Shown piece after piece: positions 54,668-64,000 of a stretch of DNA of 64,000 nucleotides. The DNA is from the human T2T-CHM13v2.0 reference genome, Homo sapiens. The position numbers were made by a program, and so were the translations under genes. Location of the stretch: the NCBI RefSeq assembly GCF_009914755.1, contig NC_060925.1; one strand, written 5' to 3'. Under the pieces are notes generated by a model. That model saw only the letters and a program-made list of their open reading frames with translations, did not search any database and was not told where the DNA came from. The number at the start of each line of letters is the position of its first letter. Position 1 is the stretch's first letter.

Positions 54668-55669
54668 GTAATGCTGGATTTTCATCTGTTCTATTCTGGC
54701 TGTGAATATCTCCTGATGCCTCCCTCTTTTTTCTTAGATGTCATGAAAGGGCAAACTCAAATATCCAGTGTTTTCATATAAAATGTCATTCATCACATGG
54801 CTATAGCCATCCATTTATTGAAAATCATTATTGGGAGAGGTCTTAAAAGGAAAACCTAGAGATAACTCATTTGTGGCCTTAAATCTAAAAGAAACCTAAC
54901 ATGCAATCTACATAGAAAGAGAGACATAACTTGTTCTAAGCATGATTTATATTTTTAGTCATTTTCTCTTTCTCTAAATTTGTGCTTAGATTCTTAAATG
55001 AGTCAGAACCCTTCCTTTAAAAAATCTATTCCTTTTAAATTTCCATGGCAAAAACTATTGACAGCTTTCCATGAGACAATAGATCATATTTGGAAAGACC
55101 AATTTGATGCTAACATTTGATCTCTGAGTGGCATATCTTCCAGAAGGAGATTTAATTATACATCTGACTCCCACTCACCCATTTGGCAGAGTTTCATTTG
55201 ATTTTTATTAAACACAAGACTTGAAAACATGAGATATAGCTTTATCTTTCATGTTTTTTTAATGCACCAGAAAAGTAGTTAGAAAGCTGAAGTTCAAACT
55301 TGTGTAGATACAAGTTCTTGTTCCCTCTTGCTTTGTAACTGATGCCTTCAATTCAAAAGGGAAAATATTTTTCTTCTGAATACTTTGGAGTAAGTAACTT
55401 TACTGGGACTCCTCTCTCCCTCACTCCACACTCCAGGTTATAGTCATTAAATATAATGACTTTTTTCATTATTAAGAATCCTTCCAACCATACCCATTAA
55501 ATGCATAACATTAATATATTCTTGGGGTAGTGGTGACCTTGGTTTAGAGATACATGGGAATAAGATCTATAGTTCATGGGTCCCAACTCACTCCTATCTT
55601 ACAATAGAAACCCTCATTCAATAAGCCTTTGGATATAGCAAAGTGATCAAGAATTTCCTCAGACTTTTT

Positions 55670-55860
55670 GATATACTTCAACTCTGGTGCTGGTTTTGAG
55701 TGACATTTGGCTAGTCATTCAAACTCTTTACTCCTCAATTTTCTTATGTTTCAAATGAAAAAGAAAAAAAGGACATACTAATAATTTAGGATATAGTGAG
55801 AAAATGAAATACTGCGTGTAAAACTCTTATTCTAGTGCTATGCCAGAAACAGAGTAGAAG
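55670..55860 (+). mobile_element. MIR fragment
   Basis: gtgacatttggctagtcattcaaactct...cctcaattttcttatgtttcaaatg. Confidence 0.55.
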
Positions 55861-56590
55861 AAAGTTACATGTTTAAATAATTTAGATACCACAATTCTCT
55901 CTAGGAATCCAAACATGAACAAGTTGTTACTTCAAAAAGTTAATCATCTGGGGAGATACAGAAAAGAAAGAAAATACAGGTGGAGTGTGAAAAGTGATGG
56001 AGGATAAGCCGGTTGCTGTGCAATCATGGAAAGGGGGAAAACTTTTGACCAGAAAAGAAGAGGAAAGCAACAGAGTTTATCTAAGCAGATGCCTGAAACG
56101 TAGGAGGATTTGGTTAGACTGTTCACAGGAAGCTAAAAGTAAAAGAGAGAAAGGAACACACGTGATCTAGTGTGCCCTAAAGATCCCTGTTTATTCATTA
56201 GCCCTTGGCAAACTACAGACTGGGTGTTAGCTGACATCCTTGCATAGCCCTCTCTTCCAGAATAGAGAACAGACCTTGCCTTCCTTCCTGAAACAAACAC
56301 AAACATTCCTAAGATTGTCATATAAAAGGAGGGATAGTTATTTTATTATTCTTACATATATCATTATATACACTGTATCCACACAATAATGATGAAAATA
56401 TTAATTATATTATCAATTAGTAAATTATGACAAATTTAAAACAAAACTGTTAGCAGCTATAAAACATGCCTTTAAACATTCACAGAATCTAAAATATAAC
56501 TCATGATCATGAAGTTTTTGTGGTGCCTATTGTTCTGTTAAAAGGCATTACATTTAATCTGCCCATAAGTCGTTAGTAACCTTGAACCCA

Positions 56591-56888
56591 TTTTTTTTTT
56601 TTTTTTTAGACAGAGTCTCACTCTGTCACCCAGGCTGGAGTGCAGCCAGCACAATCTCAGCTCACTGCAACCTCCACCTCCCAGGTTCAAGCGATTCTCC
56701 TGCCTCAGCCTCCTGAGTAGCTGGGACTACAGGTGTGCATCACCACACCCAGCTAATTTTTTGTATTTTTAGTAGAGACGGGTTTTCACCATGTTAGCCA
56801 GGATGGTCTCAATCTCCTGACCTTGTGATTTACCAGCCTCAGCCTCCCAAAGTGCTGGGATTACAGGCGTGAGCCACCATGCCCAGCC
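56591..56888 (-). mobile_element. AluS (Sc-like)
   Basis: Poly-T tail; ttagccaggatggtctcaatctcctgaccttgtgat. Confidence 0.96.
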
Positions 56889-57243
56889 CCCACTCATCTT
56901 TTAGGTAAACTTTTGAATGGTCTTTTAATGTATCAACTTTGCTCTCGTGTCTACTTATGCTTCATCTATCTTCCGTCAGTGTCATATATTTTATTAATAG
57001 GTGTTTATTTTTCATTCAAGTTTTACAGTGGCTTAGACAATATTCAAGAAATTCACCTTATGTTTTATAAAGTATATCCATTTTCTTACTAGTCATTTGG
57101 ATCCAATCTGAATAGCACATTTTCTGTTAGAAATCACTATTTAGAGCCTAGAAGTTTAGTCTTTAACTACCACTCTTGCTTTTAAAAAAGGTATACATTT
57201 AAAACCAAATGACCCCCTAATTTTTACCCATGCTACACACATG

Positions 57244-57245
<2 letters not shown>

Positions 57246-57287
<42 letters not shown>
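57246..57287. repeat. (CA)n microsatellite, about 21 units
   Basis: Read directly. Confidence 0.98.
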
Positions 57288-57292
<5 letters not shown>

Positions 57293-58270
57293 GACTAAAA
57301 CATTTAAAGTTAAAATCAATTATACTGATATTCAGTTAAAATACAAATCCATGTGATTCAGAGTATATATTTTTACATAGGCTTTATAACCGTAGATTAT
57401 GTACACCCAAATCAAAATTAAATTACATACCAAAGTTTCTCAGGATAGTGTTGGAAAGGTTGTGATGAGAACAGGCCCATGGAACTGTCTCCCAATATGT
57501 CTTACAGCCATTCATACTTCCAGGTATAAAGAGCATTTAAATTTTTTTGCTTCCTCGACATTCACAGAAACATCCAAATTGCTTCTTAAATCCCTCTACT
57601 CTGAATTCCCTAGCTACTCCAACGACAATATTTTGTAATGTTATCACCTTGCACAATTTCCATCACTCTGTAGAATCACAAGCTACTCTGTAAACCTAAA
57701 ACAAGTTTATATCAATATAAAAGGACCACAAGTGATTCTCTTATCTACCTTGAATCAAAACTGTTAAGACTAAAAACAACTTCAGAATAATCTTACTTAA
57801 AACCACTAGTCTCTGGTTTATATGCAGTCCATTTGTTCATCTGTTCATCAAAAATGTATATAAGTACTGGGCATACAACTGTGAGAAAATAGATACTCCT
57901 GCCCTCTTGATTCTTATGTTCTTTTAGGTAAATTTTGAATGGTCTTGTAATGTATCAACTTTATGTTCCAGTGGAGGAAAAAAATTATAATGAATAATAT
58001 ATGTAAAATACATAAGATGTTAATAGGAAGGGGAATAAGAAGTGTTGATGGAGTTGCCTCATTATACAGGTGACATTTGAGTAAAGACTGGAAGGACATA
58101 AATAGCAAATCATATGGCTATCTGGAAGAAGCTTTTTCTAGTAGAGAGAAAAATAAAGGCAAAGAGAATGAAGGAGGGGTGGAAGAGTAGAAATGAAGAT
58201 TAGATAAATAATAAGAGTGCAGAAGCTTCCGTAGAAAGGTTTAGTCTGAGGGAAATGGGAAGATACTGGG

Positions 58271-58646
58271 TGATATGGTTTGGCTCTGTGTCACCACCCA
58301 AATCTCATTTTGAATTGTAATCCAAATTATAATCCCTACGTCTTGAGGGAGGGACCTTGTGGGAAGTGATTAGATCATGGGGTTGGTTCCCCCATGCTGT
58401 TTTCATGACAGTGAGTGAGTTCTCATGAGATCTGATGGTTTTACAAGGGGCTTTTCCCCGCTTTGGTCTGCACTTCTCTCTCTAGCTGCCATGTGAAGAA
58501 GGGTGTGTTTGTTTCTTCTACCATGATTCTAAGTTTCCTGAGGCTTCCCCAGCCATGCAGAACTGTGAGTCAATTCAACCTCTTCCCCGTATAAATTACC
58601 TAGTCTCAGGTATTTCTTCATAACAGCCTGAGAATGGGCTACCACA
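58271..58646 (+). mobile_element. THE1D-like solo LTR
   Basis: tgatatggtttggctctgtgtc...gaactgtgagtcaatt; flanks ctggg/cttgg (4/5 TSD). Confidence 0.9.
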
Positions 58647-59009
58647 CTTGGATAGAATGTTTATACCCTCCAAAACTTACATTGACATTTAACTGTCATT
58701 AAAACAGCATTAAGAGGTGAGACCTTTATGAAGCCTTTAGGTCATGAGGTTCTGACCTCATGAATGGACAAATTCTGCTTTCAAGGGAGCAGGTTCATTA
58801 TTGAGGAAGTGTATTTACTGCCTCATGCTGTCTCTCCATTTGCTCTTTCATCCTTCCACCATGTGATGCCTTTCACCACATTATGATGTAGCAAGTAGGT
58901 CCATTGATTTTACACTTCTCAGCATCCAGAATTGTGAGCCAATAAATTTCTGTTCATTATAAATTCCTTAGTCTGTGGTATTCTGTTACAATAGCACAAA
59001 ACTAAGACA
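58647..59009 (+). mobile_element. MST-type MaLR LTR (MSTC/D-like)
   Basis: gaatgtttataccctccaaaac...gaattgtgagccaataaatttctgttcattataaatt...actaagaca. Confidence 0.8.
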
Positions 59010-62000
59010 GAGGCCAACTGGAGTGTTTCGAGTAGAAAGATAATACAATTTTACAGTTTAATAGGACCACTCTGGCTCCTCTGAATGTGATTAACTGGGA
59101 CAGGAACTTATGATGCCCTATAAATATAATACCTTATAGTACATTAACACTTAGAGCAATGATATCACCAAAGAGTGTATATATTGATTTTATAAAAATA
59201 TTGAAGGGCTGAACATTACGATGTAAAGACCAGAAAATGAAAAGTAGACAACAAAGAAGACTAAGAAGAAACAACTAATGAAGTAGAAGGAAAACTGGTG
59301 GTGTGTGTGATCCTGGAAGTCATGTGTTTAATGGAAAAGGGAGTATATCAGTGGTGCCAGATGCTGCTAATGCATCAAATGAGATGAAGACTGAGAACTA
59401 ACCACTGGGTTTAGCAATCTGGGGATCATTGTTGACCTTGACAAGAGAGTTTCAGTGGAGGAACATAAGTAAAAGCTTTGTTAAAGGAGTTCAAGGGATA
59501 ATTGCTGGAAAGTAACACAGGAGAGTGAGTACACACAACTCTTGTACTATAAAGGAAAGGTGAGTAATAGGGAAATAGCTGGAGATTAAAATAGGGTTAG
59601 AAAAGAGAGGTTTAAGATTGGAGAAATAACAGATTCTTTGTACACATAAGAAAAATCCAGTAAAGGGGAGCAAAGGAGATGAGAAGAAATAAATATTCAG
59701 GTGAGAGAAAAAATGTTGGAGCAATCTTAATGAGACCAAAGGGGTTAAGAGGAAGCCTACTCAATAAGGGAAAGGATTGGCCTTTCTTCAGATCACAGAC
59801 AATTCAACTATAGTAATAGAAGTTTATTACGGATGGAAGGTTAGATGTGATGGTAGGAGTTTGATGAAATTATTTTCTGATTGATTAAATTTTTCCCAAT
59901 TAAATAGAAAACAAGACCTTAATCTGATATTGTAGATAAAGGAATATGTTAACAGTTTTAGAAAAGAGGAAATTATATAAAATAATTATATGAGAGCTGA
60001 AGGATAAATGAACAAGAAAAATCTAGTATAATTGTTAGGCAGCATTAAGGGCTCATTTTAGGTTAGTGATCCTGAATTTAAAGTGAAACTATTCAGCATG
60101 GCTGTGTGTTTTTCTCTAGTAACATTCAGTTACAGAGTAGCAATTTGCAATTAAGGAAGGTTATAATTTTGGTAAGTGAATACAATGAAGTAAGAAAGGG
60201 GCAAGAGCTTTAGGAGTATATGCAAGAGAATGATTATAGTAATTGTTCATAATATTGAAACTTGAAACAGAGGATAGTCAAGAAATGAGGGGATAAGAGA
60301 CAGAAAAGATCATAAAAATCAATGAATTGTAGGTCCTAGTGATATAAAATGATTGCTGGAGTTAGGGTCCTAAAATAATTAAGTTGAAAAGATTGGAAAT
60401 GATGAAGAGAGAGTCAAATGCTTGAAATTAAGGTTATGTTTCAACAATGTTTAGGTTCTGCCCATTAGAGAAAGTAGCTGAGGTAGGCGGAAATTAAAAT
60501 AATTAGAGAATGAAAGTTCAATGAAATGCAGGCCCAAAGTACTATTAGGATAATCTACAAAGATAATGAAATACCCTAAATTATGACAGAGGTGGTGTAG
60601 AAGAAAGTAACTCTTTGCCTGTGAATAATATCTTCAAGAAAGAGGATTAGAAGTTGACTATACCAAGGAGGTATTGTAGTTGATATAGTTTTATGCATGA
60701 GAGTCAAAAGTGGGAGGCTTAGGTAAGAGGGAGGAAGAATAAAATGGAAGCAACTAAGAGAAAATGGACAACCACTCTCTTTGCCTTCCTCCGGCAAATG
60801 TGGTACAAGATGAGTGGGAAAGAAAACAGCCACCACATGAAATGGCTTCAAGAGAAGCAGTGTCCTCATGTGAGAAGTAGATTTCAGATAGAGCAAGAGC
60901 GTGAAGACAGAGGGATTTCTCTGAAGATCTCTGTGAGTTGCAGAAGAAATAGGACAATGCTTTTGAGAGTTGTAAAGGAGTGCTATCAGAAACAGGGATA
61001 TACAGTCTTTTAGACTGTGGTGTAGCAGAAGATAGAAGATAATAGATTGGATTTTCTTTTGCTAACTAAAATTTAAGAAGCCATATGAATTAAATGTATG
61101 TCAAGGTTATTGTTGAAAACCAGGAATCTAAAAGTTCAGGCATCAGAGTCTGGGAAAAGGAAACCGGTGTTTGGGCTATGGGGCTGTTAAACTTCATGAG
61201 TAGTCATAAACAATTTCCTTTTTTGTTATGACCATGATAATGATCAAATCTTATTGTTAGAGAAGTATATGACAGGGTAGAATCTTGACTTTCCACTCTA
61301 CCCCGCTACCTAATTGCTGAGAGAGTACCAACCCCTTCTCCTATATTACCAAGGGATTTAGGGAACTTCCCTTCAACAACACATAAACTGTATGACATAC
61401 CTTGGGCTTCCAGCTTTACACAGCCACTTTCAAGTCGAAAGAGGACCGATTGCTTTACCTGTCGGCTTTGCAGAAGACCATCTGCCTCTATGGGAAGCCA
61501 GACCAAAGAAAATTGATCTTATACACAATTACGTCCATATCTCAGGCTACAATTATGATCCCAAAATGTGGCCTCTAAGTATTATACTCCACTCTTTCAG
61601 CCACTGATACAATTTTTGTTTATCAGGCCCATGATACTAATCACTGGTCATGCTTGGAAGACCCTTGAAGACAATCAAGTCAATGAACAGGAAAAGGAAG
61701 TATGTGAGTAACACCCATGACTCTCTACTAGTCCAGAAGCCAAAGAGGCCTAGATCTAGACAGCAGAAGAGATCTCAGGAACTCTTAAACCATCATTCTG
61801 CCACATTTGGGGGACTAATTGATTTCTCTTATCACTGATATTGATCCTTATATAGGGTGACCATAGAATTTATTATCCAAGCCACATGATATTTAAGAGT
61901 TGAAGAAGATGCTTAGTCAGAATTTCAATCTTGCTCAATAGCTATAAGCTGGAATTGTTCCAGAAAAACAAAAATATGTGGTCACTCTACCTACATACAA

Positions 62001-63260
62001 CATGTTTGCTCATGGAGCAGATTACTCCTTGGCTGGCCAACAGACTTAATTGTTTAAAATTATCCTAGCCAAAAAGCCAAGGCTAATCTGCTGCCTATAA
62101 AGCTCACATAACATCTTTGGTGTTTTGGCCTGGGATAGGTGACAGATTTTCTATTGTCCTGGTTACCTTCCTCCCAGGAATGAGATCACAAGCAACGTCA
62201 TGGAGTCATTACTACTATATACACTCTACAGGTCAGAGATTGGTCATGGGTTCTGCAGGAAGGAACCCTAGAAAACTTTGAAAGGGAAGTCCAGTCACTC
62301 CCAGGGTTCAACTCTTGTGGATCTGAGGATGTAAGTGGAAATTATTTGTACATATAGGAAGAACAGCTTGTCACCCGGTTAGAGACTGTTCTTACCATAA
62401 TGGACACAGGCATTGCATATAGTTGGGAAATACTGGTATTTGCAGCTGCGAGGAATTGTAATGCTTTAGAGGAGACAGTGTGATGGGACAAAGCAGGAAA
62501 CAATCAGTTCCAAAGATGTGAAAGTACTTCCCATAGGTCTTAAACAATAAGTTGAATATTTATGAATGTCGGAGATATACATGCAGAAGAGCATGATAGG
62601 AAAAGGGGATGAAGTGTTCAAAAGTACCTAGGAAACAATGGGGAATTTCAGGAGACCACATATAATGTAATGTGTCTATCAACAATAGTGATTGCTATCA
62701 TTTGTCAAGTGCCTACTTTATAGGAAGAACTGTATTAAACTTTTCTCAACAATTCAACATGATCCAGTTCCTATACCAAATCCCCATCTAAGAAATAATA
62801 ATCTGACTCCAGAATTCTGAAGACCAATTCAAATATTTCTTAACTATTTCTTTAAAGGAATAGCATAAGACTCTTATGTAGTACCTTATAGAAGAAACTT
62901 TTTACAAGCCTTTGTAGGTGGTTCTCTCCCAAAAGATTCCCAATCTAGGAAGCTACTAAAATGCTCCTCTTTCTGTCTCTGCTGCTGTCTCAGAACCATG
63001 CTGTTCCTTTCTCCATTTCCTCACTCCCTGTGTCATTTAGATCCAGGATGCCTGCAGTAAAATTAGTCCTCTGGAAATCTCCCTTTCCTGTCTGCTGATG
63101 CAGACCCTCCAAAAGCACTGCAGGACTTCATGACAAACACAGTCCTTGTGAAGGATCCTTTCTTCTTGCTGAGAAAACAAGCTGAGCCCTTACTCTTACT
63201 CTGCTCTTCTGGGGAACAGCAATCCACTACCTAAATTCTGCATAGCGAGAATGAACTCTT

Positions 63261-63263
<3 letters not shown>

Positions 63264-63314
<51 letters not shown>

Positions 63315-63557
63315 GTATATATACATATATACATGTATATATATGTATATATACGTGTATATATGTATATATATGTATATATGTATATATATGTGTATAT
63401 ATGTATATATATACGTTATATATATACATATATATGTATATATATACGTATATATATATACATATATACGTATATATATACATATATATACGTATATATA
63501 TACATATATATACGTATATATATACATATATACACATATATATATATATATATATAC
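63264..63557. repeat. (TA)n-based compound microsatellite starting with pure (TA)23
   Basis: Uninterrupted TA at 63264-63309, then TA interrupted by CA/TG/CG. Confidence 0.98.
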
Positions 63558-63679
63558 AGAATGCTTACTCCTTTGTAGGTGGCATGGGGATAGAAACGGA
63601 AGAGAGAGATTATAATTATTTGAACATTAATACTTTTATTCCCATTACAATAAATTTCAACAGTGATGATGACAGATTA

Positions 63680-63848
63680 TACCTACTGAGCACTTTGCAT
63701 TGGGCATTCTTCTTAGTGGTTTAGTTTTTCTAAGCACTTCAAATCCTGAAAACAATCCTGTGAAGTAGATTCTATTGTACCCCCTTTTACATATGAGGAA
63801 ACCAAGGTACAGCAAAGTTAAGTAACTTTCCCAAGATCATACAGCTCA
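63680..63848 (-). mobile_element. MIR SINE, followed by (ATTATA)n at about 63848-63889
   Basis: ttttacatatgaggaaaccaaggtacag...gttaagtaactttcccaagatcatacagct. Confidence 0.8.
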
Positions 63849-63884
63849 TTATATTATAATTATAATTATAATTATAATTATAAT

Positions 63885-64000
63885 TATAAGAGGAGGCCAA
63901 AGAGCTAGCTTGCCCTCTTTCTGTCATGAGAAATTACAAGAAGTTTGATGTCTGCAACCCAGATGAGGGCCCTCACCAAAACAGAAATATGCTGGCACTC
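63885..64000 (+). mobile_element. MLT1A-like LTR fragment running off the window
   Basis: gtctgcaacccagatgagggccctcaccaaaac...tgctggcac. Confidence 0.65.

Larger units (their letters stand above)
57830..61010 (-). mobile_element. Long L2 element interrupted by nested MaLR LTRs
   Basis: L2 3' end (cctgccctc, aggtgacatttgagtaaagactggaagga) continuing after 59010 (agatgaagactgagaactaaccactgggtttagcaa, ttgaccttgacaagag). Confidence 0.75.

Noticed and set aside
63196-63724. Five ORFs of 81-118 aa rich in Y/I
   Set aside because: Translations of the (TA)n microsatellite, which lacks stop codons.

Overview
This is AT-rich primate (human-like) genomic DNA, intergenic or deep-intronic. It is dominated by interspersed repeats: 7 Alus (J and S types), L1MA/L1MC/L1ME and L2 fragments, MIRs, a complete THE1D-like MaLR provirus with a 5-bp TSD, solo ERV1/ERVL/MaLR LTRs, Tigger and hAT DNA-transposon fossils, and micro/minisatellites. 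I cannot support any protein-coding gene; the supplied ORFs are repeat-derived or chance. A few splice-competent candidate exons could belong to a lncRNA or an unrecognised gene. The most unusual signal is a set of short non-transposon sequences copied from 1-2.2 kb away, fold-back palindromes and serial-slippage inserts. Several are flanked by 8-12 bp target duplications, and the densest cluster is at 39.3-41.6 kb. They look like fossil scars of templated DNA repair (TMEJ/template switching). I do not see a convincing new gene system. Repeat subfamily names come from recalled consensus sequences, not a database search, and boundaries of old elements are approximate.
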